DNA from: Bacilli bacterium
GTDB lineage: Bacteria > Bacillota_I > Bacilli_A > RFN20 > CAG-826
Length of the DNA stretch: 63,610 nucleotides
Direction of reading: 5' to 3'
Assembly: GCA_024409055.1 (NCBI GenBank)
Contig: JAKSUL010000006.1
Location: 1-63,610, forward strand
Shown here: positions 18,388 through 27,942 of the stretch, piece by piece
How positions within the stretch are numbered: position 1 is the stretch's first letter
Layout: each line of letters starts with the position of its first letter
Notes under the pieces: generated by a model
The model's input: the letters and a program-made list of their open reading frames with translations, nothing else
Databases searched by the model: none
What the model was told of the DNA's origin: nothing
Position numbers and translations under genes: made by a program

Positions 18388-19614
18388 ATGGAAAGAGTAA
18401 GAGTTGGATTTGTTGGCTTAGGCCAACGTGGCAAGGGAATGTTGGACACCTTTTTGGCAGTCCCCGATGTTGATGTTGTCGCTGTGTGCGATGTCTATGC
18501 GGATCGTGTGGACAGCATCGCCAGTACAATCAAAGAAAAAAGAGGAATGGAAGCCCGTAAATATACGGACTTCAACCTTTTGCTTGAAGACAAGGAGCTG
18601 GATGCGATTTATATCGCCACTTCTTGGGAAGCCCACATCGACCAAGCCATTATGTGCATGAAAAAAGGTATTCCGTGCGCTATGGAAGTCGCCGGAGCTT
18701 ATTCCATCAAGGATTGTTGGAGGCTCGTTAAGGCCTATGAAAAGACCAAGACTCCAATAATGATGATGGAAAATTGCTGCTACGATAAATTCGAGCTTTT
18801 ATGCACCGCGTTAGCGAGAAAGGGCGTCTTTGGCGAGATTGTGTATTGCCATGGAGCCTACACACACGACTTAAGGAAAGAGATTCTCGGTGGCAACGTT
18901 AACCGCCATTATAGGCTTAGAAACTATATCGCCAGGAACTGCGAAAATTACCCGACCCACGAGCTTGGCCCTATCGCCAAAATTTTGAACATCAATAGGG
19001 GCAACAGGATGGTTTACGTTTCCTCCGTTGCTTCTAAATCTAAAGGATTATCGGAATACGCCAAAAGCGATGCTTGCGAAGACAAAACCCTTAAGGACGT
19101 CACATTCAAACAGGGGGACGTCGTTTCCACGAACATAATTTGCGAAAACGGTGAAACCATCACGATGACCTTAAATACGTCTTTGCCTGCTCATTATTCT
19201 AGAGAAATCCAAGTTAAGGGCACCAAAGGATGCGCCGACATGGATACCAATATGGTGCTAGAAGATGGTTCGATCGACGAAAGCCACTGGAATCCAGCGG
19301 AGTTCAACAAGATCTATTTCGGGAACGCCGAAAAATACTATGAGGAATACTTGCCGTCTTTCTGGAAGAACATCACTCAGGAAGAAATAAGCTTAGGACA
19401 TGGTGGCATGGACATATTCCTCGTTAGGGCGTTTATTGAGTGTTTGAAAAACGGAGAAGAAATGCCAATCGATGTGTATGACGCTGCCGCTTGGTATTCG
19501 ATCACCCCATTAAGCGAAAAATCCATCAAACACCACGGAAAACCTTATAAGATTCCGGATTTCACGAGGGGCAAATATAAAAATAGACCCTCTAAGGATG
19601 TTATAAAGTTATAA
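18388..19614 (+). CDS. Gfo/Idh/MocA family oxidoreductase, GH109-type NAD+-dependent glycosidase (alpha-N-acetylgalactosaminidase-like)
   Basis: Rossmann GFVGLGQRG, ATSWEAH, AMEV, MMENCCY, YPTHELGP, GHGGMD, DVYDAAAW, IPDFTRGK; start ATG 18388. Confidence 0.88.
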   Translation: MERVRVGFVGLGQRGKGMLDTFLAVPDVDVVAVCDVYADRVDSIASTIKEKRGMEARKYTDFNLLLEDKELDAIYIATSWEAHIDQAIMCMKKGIPCAMEVAGAYSIKDCWRLVKAYEKTKTPIMMMENCCYDKFELLCTALARKGVFGEIVYCHGAYTHDLRKEILGGNVNRHYRLRNYIARNCENYPTHELGPIAKILNINRGNRMVYVSSVASKSKGLSEYAKSDACEDKTLKDVTFKQGDVVSTNIICENGETITMTLNTSLPAHYSREIQVKGTKGCADMDTNMVLEDGSIDESHWNPAEFNKIYFGNAEKYYEEYLPSFWKNITQEEISLGHGGMDIFLVRAFIECLKNGEEMPIDVYDAAAWYSITPLSEKSIKHHGKPYKIPDFTRGKYKNRPSKDVIKL

Positions 19615-19644
19615 AATATTTACCATTTTTAATAATAATTTGCA

Positions 19645-19668
19645 TGTCGAGAAAGCGCTTTATCGACA
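19645..19668. promoter_or_regulatory. Near-perfect palindrome (operator or RNA hairpin) upstream of 19737 gene
   Basis: TGTCGAGAAAGCGCTTTATCGACA, one mismatched pair; AAAGCGCTTT core resembles LacI/CcpA operators. Confidence 0.4.
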
Positions 19669-19736
19669 AGCGTTAATTATAAAATTAAAGTGTGTTTACA
19701 AAACATAAATAAGGGCAATTAAAACAAGGAGTAATT

Positions 19737-22184
19737 ATGAACTCAAAAAAGAAGATTCTCGTTTTGCTTTCCTCCCTTCTTTTAGCCACGGCCGCAACTG
19801 CGACCGTCGCGACAACGGCGTTGCAACCAGAGGGCCGTCCCTATGGAATTCAAGCCGGTGACGAATGTGCCAGCCACACTGGCAATCATTACGCCATGAA
19901 GGACCCGACCAATACCGAACCGGGTTATAGGGAATTCTGGGCTTGCTGTGTCTGCGGACGTCAGTATTTGACCCAAAAGACTGGTGATTGGACCGAAGGA
20001 AGTGCTGCGACAATGATCGGCTCGGTGGATAGCGATCACATCGCCTACCTTCCAGTTGGCTTGAAGATTCCGTTTGGTGAAAATGACTGGGGATTAAAAC
20101 AACTTTCCAGCTCTTTCGCTAAAACCGACTACGCTGACAAAGCCATTCAATTCAAAGCGTATTTTGGCAATTCCGGCGATAGCCAAATCCAAATCTCCCT
20201 TTATAACGGAAACGATGAGCTTAAACCCGCGATCACTGATATCAGGATTTATCAGACCGGTGGCAAATATTCCGTCAAGGTAGGATCCATTGACCTTGAG
20301 GCCGCTTGCACCAAAGTCGATGAACATACAGTCCTCGTAAAACTCAATTATTCAAGGCTTTTGAACGCCGGTGCAATCGCCACCGAAAATTCCTTCAATT
20401 ACATCCGCGTTTGGCCGATGGCCGAAGTCACGACTCCTGGATGCGGTGTCTTCACTAACTCCTTCAGCGTCGTTGACCCGTATGTCGTCGAACATAAATA
20501 CAGTTTCCATACTGCCGAGTCCATTGAGAATATGGTCACCGAAGAAGGTGAAAACCTTTGGATTGGCAAAGATGGCATTGGATCCGCATCAGGCGCCATC
20601 TGCACCCTCGATCCGGCCGGAACGCACGAAGGACAGATCTACAACGGTTCTATGTGCTTCAACGATTTGAAGGGCGTTTCGAAAATCAAACTTAAAGGAA
20701 CCGGCAAAATCCTCGTCCAAACTGGCCTTGTTGCTTGGACGTGGGAAACAAGCTCCGTCTTCGATTTGAACACCGAGGAAGGAATCACCATGGACATCGA
20801 CCCAGAAAGAACAAATGCGTTCCTTCTTGCCTCTAGGGGCACTCAAGTTGTCCTTACTTCCTTAGAGATTGTTTCCAGGGTCGAAAATGGAACCGGTTCT
20901 ACTGACATGGACTTATTCCAAAATGCGACTATCGCCAATTGGGGCAATGAATCCTATGGATATTACACAGCTTCCAATACAAACGGCAGCAAGTCTGCTC
21001 TCGTAGTCGGATCGATGCTTAATTATGAATCCTGGCCAGCTGTTCCGCTTATCCTTGGTGGTGTTGATGCCACAGGATGCAAATTGGAATTCGACGCTAA
21101 AGGCACCGCCGGAAGAAAGAGAATCTCCATCACTCCGTTTGGCCCTGGTGACGTTCAGCTTGGACCAGAAATCGGCTACGATTTGACCAACTCCTGGCAG
21201 AAGATCACTTATGATAATTGGACCGTTGACGATCGAGTGGTCAACTTCATCAGAATAACTGTATTCACTACACCTGAATCTGATGTGCATGAAGCCATCA
21301 TCGACAATATGAAATTCGTTGATAAATCGATTATTAACGAAACCGGTGCCCCGGCTTGGTCTTATAGGGCCTTCGATGCCACCCACGTCCTCACTGAATC
21401 TCAATATTTCAATAAAGCGTTGGCCATTGATTTCAAACCAGAAACCACCAATGCTTCCTTCGAAATCGACTATATGTCCGACAGCAATCACTATGTCGGT
21501 CGTAAGAACTTCATTACCGTTGCTGATGGAGTCCCGACTTCCACTTTCGGAACCATCGTTGCCAATCCTACCGCAGGCGAAGGATGGTACACCCTCCTTG
21601 TCAGTGAAAAGAACATCGGCCACTTTGACCGTGTCACCAACGGAGCAACCATTGCCGGTATGTATTTGGCGACCGATAACGCGATGACGGGATCTGTTAC
21701 CTTCAACTATCACTCGTTCCGCGCTGTCGATGATATCGCTCCGACAAGACAAATTCTTACATATACACAGAATGGATTTGGAGTCGGCTTTGGCCATACC
21801 GACGTCAACCACGTCGCCAACGTCTCCCACTACAGGACTGCGGCGGGTAACACCATCATGATTTCCCTTAAAGTCGTGGGTTCAGTCGGTTCCTACTTCA
21901 CGATGAACTTCGCCCCTCAGGGTGATCCGAACATCTTCAAATACATCATCATCACCGTCACAGAAACTGGCCTTGCCTCCAACTGTGGCAAGATCGAAGC
22001 GGCGCCCGATGGATTCTATAACTTCTATCTCCCGAACACCGAATGCGATCAAGATGCCCTTACCGATGCCAACGGCGACTGCACCTGCAGCGTCTTCTGG
22101 ATGGGTGAGCCCTTCACCGGCGTCGAATATGTCCAAATCGACGCTAATGCCTGCAAGATTTATCAAGCTGGCATCGTTGCCTAA
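19737..22184 (+). CDS. Large exported non-lipoprotein surface protein, paralog of 15929-18382
   Basis: Basic plus hydrophobic N-terminus without lipobox; HYAMKDPTNTEPGYREFWACCVC module; shares GSASGAICTLDPAGTHE, APAWSYRAFDA, GEGWYTL, DDIAPTR with 15929 protein. Confidence 0.8.
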   Translation: MNSKKKILVLLSSLLLATAATATVATTALQPEGRPYGIQAGDECASHTGNHYAMKDPTNTEPGYREFWACCVCGRQYLTQKTGDWTEGSAATMIGSVDSDHIAYLPVGLKIPFGENDWGLKQLSSSFAKTDYADKAIQFKAYFGNSGDSQIQISLYNGNDELKPAITDIRIYQTGGKYSVKVGSIDLEAACTKVDEHTVLVKLNYSRLLNAGAIATENSFNYIRVWPMAEVTTPGCGVFTNSFSVVDPYVVEHKYSFHTAESIENMVTEEGENLWIGKDGIGSASGAICTLDPAGTHEGQIYNGSMCFNDLKGVSKIKLKGTGKILVQTGLVAWTWETSSVFDLNTEEGITMDIDPERTNAFLLASRGTQVVLTSLEIVSRVENGTGSTDMDLFQNATIANWGNESYGYYTASNTNGSKSALVVGSMLNYESWPAVPLILGGVDATGCKLEFDAKGTAGRKRISITPFGPGDVQLGPEIGYDLTNSWQKITYDNWTVDDRVVNFIRITVFTTPESDVHEAIIDNMKFVDKSIINETGAPAWSYRAFDATHVLTESQYFNKALAIDFKPETTNASFEIDYMSDSNHYVGRKNFITVADGVPTSTFGTIVANPTAGEGWYTLLVSEKNIGHFDRVTNGATIAGMYLATDNAMTGSVTFNYHSFRAVDDIAPTRQILTYTQNGFGVGFGHTDVNHVANVSHYRTAAGNTIMISLKVVGSVGSYFTMNFAPQGDPNIFKYIIITVTETGLASNCGKIEAAPDGFYNFYLPNTECDQDALTDANGDCTCSVFWMGEPFTGVEYVQIDANACKIYQAGIVA

Positions 22185-22194
22185 TTTCTAACAC

Positions 22195-22229
22195 AAAAGT
22201 GGTACATTCGATGATGTGCCACTTTTCTT
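22195..22229 (+). terminator. Intrinsic terminator
   Basis: AAAAGTGGTACAT / ATGTGCCACTTTT stem with T-rich tail, about 10 nt after the stop. Confidence 0.75.
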
Positions 22230-22260
22230 ATGCTTTATTTATAATAAAGAAGACTAAATT

Positions 22261-25002
22261 ATGGATAACAAATATAGACCTATTCCGTTCTGGAGCTGGA
22301 ACGATGAATTAGACGAAAAAAAGCTCACCGAGCAGATTGAGTGGATGCATTTTTCCGGTATCGGAGGCTTCTTCATGCACGCTAGAGGAGGCCTTACTAC
22401 ACCATATTTGGGGGAGAAATGGTTTTCCTGTGTCGATGCTTGTTTAAAGAAAGCCGAAGAGCTTGGAATGGAGGCATATGCCTACGATGAAAACGGCTGG
22501 CCAAGCGGCTTTGCTGGAGGAAAGCTTCTCGTCAACGAAGAAGACCGTGACCGTTTTTTGATGACCGCCTACGGAGAATATGATCCAGAAGCTTATGTTT
22601 CCTACGATGTTAGTGGCGAGAAACTAGTTCGCGTCACAAGCGGAAGTAACGTTCTCAACATTTACAATAAATCAGCTCACGGGACTGCTGATATTCTCAA
22701 TGAAAAAGTCGTTAAGAAGTTTATTGAATACACTCATGAAGAATATAAGAAGAGGGACGTACATGGTGTTTTGAAAGGTTTCTTCACCGATGAACCTCAA
22801 TATCAAAGGTGGTACCACCCATATACGAATTGCCTAGAGGCTTATTTCAAAGAACATTATGGTGAAGACATCAAAGACCGTTTGGGTCTTATGTTCGTCG
22901 AAAAAGAAGGGTATCGCGATTTCCGCTATAAGTATTGGAAGGCCATGCAAGACATGATGCTTAATAGCTACGCCAAACAGGTTTATACGTGGTGCGATGA
23001 GAACGGTTATAAAGCTACCGGGCATTACATTGAAGAAAAATCGTTGGCTATGCAGATGATGTGCTGTGGTGGCATTATGCCTTTTTATGAATACGAGCAC
23101 ATTCCTGGAATAGATTGGCTTTCTCGTTCGGTTGAAGGGAATGATCTGTCTCCAAAACAAGTTGGCAGCGCAGCCGCCCAATTAGGCAAAAAACAGATTC
23201 TAACCGAATCGTTTGCCTGCGCTGGATGGGACGCCACGCCGAAAGAACTTAAGCACATTTTTGAATGGCAAGCCGCCATTGGCGGGATCTCACTCCTTTG
23301 CCACCATCTTCTTCCTTATAGCGAATGGGGCCAAAGAAAGAGGGACTATCCTGAACACTATGGCAACGCCAACCCGTGGGCTTATGAGAACTTCCGCGTC
23401 TTTAATGACGAGATTTCTGAAATTGGCGAGAAACTTTCTAAGAGCAGCGAACTAGTTCGTGTGGCTTTATTGCACCCAATTAGAAGTGCATATCTTACGT
23501 ATAAAAGAGAAGATCCGTTCGGAAGCGTCCGCGAATTAGACGCAAACATCGGTTATTGGTCCACGAAATTAGATTCCCTCCATATCCCATTCCATTTCAT
23601 CGACGAAACTCTCCTTAGCAAGCACGCAGAGGTCAAAGGGAAGAATCTTAAGATGGGGTTATGCCAATATGACATTATCCTTTTGCCTAAGATTTACACG
23701 ATGGATAAAACAACGGAGAAATTGCTCCATGAATACGTTTCTAATGGCGGAAAGATTCTTCTTTTAGACGAGGCCCCGACTTATTTAGAAGGAGAGCCTT
23801 ATTCATATGACTATTTGAAGAGTAACATTACTTTGGACGACGTCATTGCTTCAAAGCCTTTTATCTCCAAGGAAGATGAAGGCGTCAGGATAAGCTATAG
23901 AAAAGACGACGAAACCAATAAACGTTTCTTCTATATCGTCAACATAGGCGAAGAAAGAGATATCTCCATCAATGGATGCAGCCTCCATTTCTTGAAATGG
24001 GAATCTAGATTCATCGATGAAGATAAACTAAAGAGCGATTCTATTAATCCGAAAGAAATCGTCACGTTTGGCGATAAATTCAAAGTAGTTAAACCGTGCG
24101 CCAATTTCTTGACCCTTGATAAAGTTTCCTATTCGACGGATGGGTCTAATTACTCAGAGCCCTTGGATGTTATGGGTGTGTTCGATTTGCTTTTGAACAA
24201 GAGATACAAAGGTGATTTGTATCTTCGTTATTCTTTTGATGTCGAAAAAATACCGGGCACGTGCTCTGCTTTAATCGAAGATCAGCATATAAAAGAAGTG
24301 GTGGTTAACGGAAACAAAGTCGAATCCAAAGGCAGCGTTTTGGAGGACAAACTCCTCGAATTCGATATTGCCAAAGAACTTAAACTCGGCAAAAACGAAG
24401 TGGTGGTCAAGATTGATTATTATCAAGACGCTACCGTCTATAACGTTTTGTTTGATCAAACAGAGACATCTGAATCTTTACTGAATTGCTTGGTGTATCC
24501 GACCACCATTGAGGCCATTTACCTAAAAGGAGACTTTGGGGTTTATGGACCATTCAAGCAGGGCAAAACCCCGAATGTTTTGCTTGGCGAGGATTTTAGA
24601 ATTGGCGAGCAAAAGAAAGAAATCGCGTCGTTAATAGAAGATGGTTTTCCTTTCTTTAGAGGTCAAATTGAGCTTGAGCAAGAATTCGAGGTCTCGAATG
24701 TTGAAACCAAACTTGTTGTTTCGGGCCGTTATCAGCTTATTGATTTGTTCATCAACGATAAGCATGTGAAAACGATGATGTTCGACGAAGAAATCGATAT
24801 TTCTAACTTTGTCAAAAAAGGAAAGAACGTTGTTAGGCTTGCATTGATCGTGTCGAATCGAAACCTTTTGGGCCCGTTCCATTCTTCTGAAGAAGAATCG
24901 ATCGCTGTCGGACCATATACCTTCGAAAGAAGAGGTAGCTGGGTCGATGGAAAATTGAGCGATTATCGTGACTCTTATTCCTTCGTAAAAACACTTCTAT
25001 AA
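22261..25002 (+). CDS. GH106-like (alpha-L-rhamnosidase-related) glycoside hydrolase
   Basis: YRPIPFWSWN, GIGGFFMHARGGL, YDENGWPSGFAGG, FFTDEP, PGIDWL, LTESF, RKRDYP; C-terminal beta-sandwich; no signal peptide. Confidence 0.7.
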   Translation: MDNKYRPIPFWSWNDELDEKKLTEQIEWMHFSGIGGFFMHARGGLTTPYLGEKWFSCVDACLKKAEELGMEAYAYDENGWPSGFAGGKLLVNEEDRDRFLMTAYGEYDPEAYVSYDVSGEKLVRVTSGSNVLNIYNKSAHGTADILNEKVVKKFIEYTHEEYKKRDVHGVLKGFFTDEPQYQRWYHPYTNCLEAYFKEHYGEDIKDRLGLMFVEKEGYRDFRYKYWKAMQDMMLNSYAKQVYTWCDENGYKATGHYIEEKSLAMQMMCCGGIMPFYEYEHIPGIDWLSRSVEGNDLSPKQVGSAAAQLGKKQILTESFACAGWDATPKELKHIFEWQAAIGGISLLCHHLLPYSEWGQRKRDYPEHYGNANPWAYENFRVFNDEISEIGEKLSKSSELVRVALLHPIRSAYLTYKREDPFGSVRELDANIGYWSTKLDSLHIPFHFIDETLLSKHAEVKGKNLKMGLCQYDIILLPKIYTMDKTTEKLLHEYVSNGGKILLLDEAPTYLEGEPYSYDYLKSNITLDDVIASKPFISKEDEGVRISYRKDDETNKRFFYIVNIGEERDISINGCSLHFLKWESRFIDEDKLKSDSINPKEIVTFGDKFKVVKPCANFLTLDKVSYSTDGSNYSEPLDVMGVFDLLLNKRYKGDLYLRYSFDVEKIPGTCSALIEDQHIKEVVVNGNKVESKGSVLEDKLLEFDIAKELKLGKNEVVVKIDYYQDATVYNVLFDQTETSESLLNCLVYPTTIEAIYLKGDFGVYGPFKQGKTPNVLLGEDFRIGEQKKEIASLIEDGFPFFRGQIELEQEFEVSNVETKLVVSGRYQLIDLFINDKHVKTMMFDEEIDISNFVKKGKNVVRLALIVSNRNLLGPFHSSEEESIAVGPYTFERRGSWVDGKLSDYRDSYSFVKTLL

Positions 25003-25056
25003 GTCAATATCTAAGCATTATGTGTCAATATGTTCGCCTTAAGGCGGATATATAAT
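25003..25056 (+). promoter_or_regulatory. Promoter with 21-bp-spaced direct repeats (candidate AraC-type site)
   Basis: GTCAATAT at 25003-25010 and 25024-25031; TATAAT at 25051-25056. Confidence 0.5.
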
Positions 25057-25077
25057 TTCTAAAAACGGGGATTATTT

Positions 25078-26151
25078 ATGAAGATCGAAGAATTGGATGA
25101 AAATTTCAAGGAACGCCAAGAATTAAGAAAACAATATGATGTTTATTTTTATCCCTCCTCTTTCATGAGTTTGTATGGGCTTATGTTTAACCAAGAAAAT
25201 GGCTTTTATCGCCTTCCGTGGGAAGTGGCCCATGCGACAAGAGAAGCCCTTGAATACCACATGTATTTCACCGCTGGCGGAAGACTTATTTTTTCGACTA
25301 ATTCGAAGTGCATCGGCATAAACGTCAAATGGAAATCATTGGACGGTATGCCCCATATGGCCATCACCGGACAAGCCGGCTTCGTCTTGAAAGAAAAAGT
25401 CGGGAATAAAGAAGAATACATTGCCACGATGGCTCCGGATTTTGGAAATAACGACGGATTTAGAGCGGTTTCCCCTCATATTTCGAAAAGGGGGATGAGG
25501 ACCTACATCTTGTATTTTCCCCTTTATAACCGCGTTAGTTCGATTGACTTGATTCTTGATAAAGGTGCCAAGGTTGCCAAAGTAGAGCGTTACTATAAAG
25601 ATGTTCCGCCGTTCTTGTATTATGGGAGTTCCATCACCCAAGGTGGATGCGCTTCTAGATCGGACAATTCTTATCAAAATTTTATCTGTGAACATTATGG
25701 CGTTGATTTCATAAATATGGGTATGACTGGGCAAGCAAAAGGAGAAGAGCCAATGGCTAAGTATCTAGCTAGCCTTGATTGCTCGTTGTTTGTTTATGAT
25801 TATGACCATAACGCCCCCAATACCGAGCATTTAAAGCAAACTCATGAACCGTTCTTTCTTGAGTTTCGCAAGTCCCATCCTACTACTCCTGTAATCATGA
25901 TTTCGATGCCTACCATTCAATTTAACGACACCAAGGCGAGGCGCGATGTGATTGAAGAAACCTACAAAAAAGCCCTCGCTAGAGGCGATAAGAACGTCTA
26001 TTTCATCGACGGAAAAACAATTTATCCGAATGCCTTAAGAGACCATTGCACGGTTGACGGGTGTCATCCCACCGACCTCGGTTTCTATTTCTTTGCCAAA
26101 AGATTGATGAAAACAATTGACGAAATCATCAAAGAAGGGAAGATTTATTGA
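25078..26151 (+). CDS. SGNH/GDSL hydrolase (esterase) with N-terminal beta domain
   Basis: YGSSITQG, NMGMTG, YDYDHN, VDGCHPTDLG. Confidence 0.88.
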   Translation: MKIEELDENFKERQELRKQYDVYFYPSSFMSLYGLMFNQENGFYRLPWEVAHATREALEYHMYFTAGGRLIFSTNSKCIGINVKWKSLDGMPHMAITGQAGFVLKEKVGNKEEYIATMAPDFGNNDGFRAVSPHISKRGMRTYILYFPLYNRVSSIDLILDKGAKVAKVERYYKDVPPFLYYGSSITQGGCASRSDNSYQNFICEHYGVDFINMGMTGQAKGEEPMAKYLASLDCSLFVYDYDHNAPNTEHLKQTHEPFFLEFRKSHPTTPVIMISMPTIQFNDTKARRDVIEETYKKALARGDKNVYFIDGKTIYPNALRDHCTVDGCHPTDLGFYFFAKRLMKTIDEIIKEGKIY

Positions 26152-26168
26152 CTCGGCAGGAGATAACT

Positions 26169-27227
26169 ATGGAAATATCTAAGATTGATAAAAACTTTGC
26201 GACGATTACGCCTTCGTTTAAGGGAAAATTCATACCAGTCCCATCTGAAAGCGTAATGCTTCACGGGCTTCTTTATAGCGAAGAAAAAGGGTTTTATAGG
26301 CTTCCTTTTGAAGTGGCCGATAAGCTAAATGACGGCGTTAAATATCTTCATCAGCATACCGCCGGAGGCCGTATTTCTTTTTCGACCAATTCAAAGAATT
26401 TGGCCATCCACGTCACTTATGATTCGCTAGATAAAATGCATCACATGCCGATGATGGCACAGGCCGGTTTCTCCCTTTGCGAAATGATCAAAGGGAAAGA
26501 AACCCACATTCACTCTTTTTCCTTTAGCTTCGATTCCGCGAACGGCTATTCATCGGTTGCTCCGAAGCAAAAAGGAAATAAAGTCAGGAATTACGTTCTC
26601 CATTTCCCGCTTTATAACAGGGTCAAATCTCTGACCCTTGAAATTGATAAGGGCGCTGAAATAAACCCATTCAATCCTTATATGGATGTTAAGCCGATTA
26701 TTTATTATGGCAGCTCCATCACCCAAGGCGGATGCGCTTCTCGTAGCGACCATTCCTATCAGGGGTTAGTTGCTAAATGGATTCCTGTCGATTTCGTTAA
26801 CTTCGGCTTCTCCGGAAGCTGCAAAGGCGAATTGGAAATGGCCAAATACATTTCCACGTTGGAGTGCAGTGTCTTCGTGATGGATTATGATCACAACACC
26901 CCAACGCCGGAATATTTGAAGAGCACCCATGAGCCCTTCTTCTTGGAATTCCGCAAATCCCATCCGACCACTCCAGTCATTTTTATGAGCGCGCCAAGCT
27001 ATCATTACGACCCCAAAGGCCTTAGAAAACGCCTTAACGTGGTTAAGGAAACGTATTTGAACGCCGTTGCTAGAGGCGACAAAAATGTCTATTTCATTGA
27101 TGGATCGAAAATTTACCCGAACAAACTTAATCACGAATGTTCCGTTGACGGATGCCATCCAAATGATCTTGGTTTCTATTTCATGGCCCTCAAGGTCAGC
27201 GCGATCCTAAAAAAGATTTTTAAATAA
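26169..27227 (+). CDS. SGNH/GDSL hydrolase, tandem paralog of preceding gene
   Basis: Start ATG 26169 after RBS AGGAG; YGSSITQG, NFGFSG, DYDHN, VDGCHPNDLG. Confidence 0.88.
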   Translation: MEISKIDKNFATITPSFKGKFIPVPSESVMLHGLLYSEEKGFYRLPFEVADKLNDGVKYLHQHTAGGRISFSTNSKNLAIHVTYDSLDKMHHMPMMAQAGFSLCEMIKGKETHIHSFSFSFDSANGYSSVAPKQKGNKVRNYVLHFPLYNRVKSLTLEIDKGAEINPFNPYMDVKPIIYYGSSITQGGCASRSDHSYQGLVAKWIPVDFVNFGFSGSCKGELEMAKYISTLECSVFVMDYDHNTPTPEYLKSTHEPFFLEFRKSHPTTPVIFMSAPSYHYDPKGLRKRLNVVKETYLNAVARGDKNVYFIDGSKIYPNKLNHECSVDGCHPNDLGFYFMALKVSAILKKIFK

Positions 27228-27230
27228 AAT

Positions 27231-27932
27231 ATGAATAACAAAATAGTCACTTTTTCTTTCGATGACGGCATCCAATATGACGCTAAACTCGTCGAGCTTT
27301 TGAATAAGTACAACCTAAAATGCACATTCAACATCAATACTGGCCTCATTTATCGTTCTCACGAGTTCGCTAGAGGACCAGAGCCGATTGAGGTGCATCG
27401 TCTCTTCCCTGAGGAGATGAAGAAAATTTATGTTGGGCACGAAATTGCCTCTCATTCTTTAACGCATCCACGGTTAGAGACCCTTACCGTTCATGAAATG
27501 GAAACCGAAATTAGAGAGGATATCGAAAATATTAAGAGCATATTTGGCCTCTCTAATGTCCCGTGTTTTGCCTACCCCTACGGAACTTATAGCGAAGAGG
27601 TTATCGAAGTGCTTAAAAAATACGGCATAAAATTTGCTAGAGGCACCCATTCTTCTAAAGGATTTGGCGCCGAAGGAGATTTGCTTGAGTATCGCCCAAG
27701 CGCTTATTATCGCGATGAGGATTTAGAAGACATCGTCGATGAGTTCCTCAACCTAAAAACCGATAAGAAGGCCATTCTTTATATTTGGGGCCATTCATAT
27801 GAACCAGAAGGTTATAAAGAATGGGACAAACTTGAAACTATCTTCAAGAAACTCGCCAATAGAAAAGACATTGATTATTTAACCAATGGCGAAGCGTTTT
27901 TTAATGACGATTCCGCTGTATATAAGGGTTAA
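27231..27932 (+). CDS. Polysaccharide deacetylase (CE4/NodB family)
   Basis: TFSFDDG, HEIASHSLTHP, FAYPYG, LYIWGHSYE. Confidence 0.9.
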   Translation: MNNKIVTFSFDDGIQYDAKLVELLNKYNLKCTFNINTGLIYRSHEFARGPEPIEVHRLFPEEMKKIYVGHEIASHSLTHPRLETLTVHEMETEIREDIENIKSIFGLSNVPCFAYPYGTYSEEVIEVLKKYGIKFARGTHSSKGFGAEGDLLEYRPSAYYRDEDLEDIVDEFLNLKTDKKAILYIWGHSYEPEGYKEWDKLETIFKKLANRKDIDYLTNGEAFFNDDSAVYKG

Positions 27933-27942
27933 CGTATAGACG

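Noticed and set aside
20913-21830. 305-aa antisense ORF
   Set aside because: Lies entirely opposite a well-supported gene; a typical shadow of codon bias, with no recognisable motif
16673-22184. Possible diversity-generating retroelement template/variable repeat pair
   Set aside because: Differences are not adenine-restricted (many C/T synonymous changes), both copies are coding, and no reverse transcriptase is present
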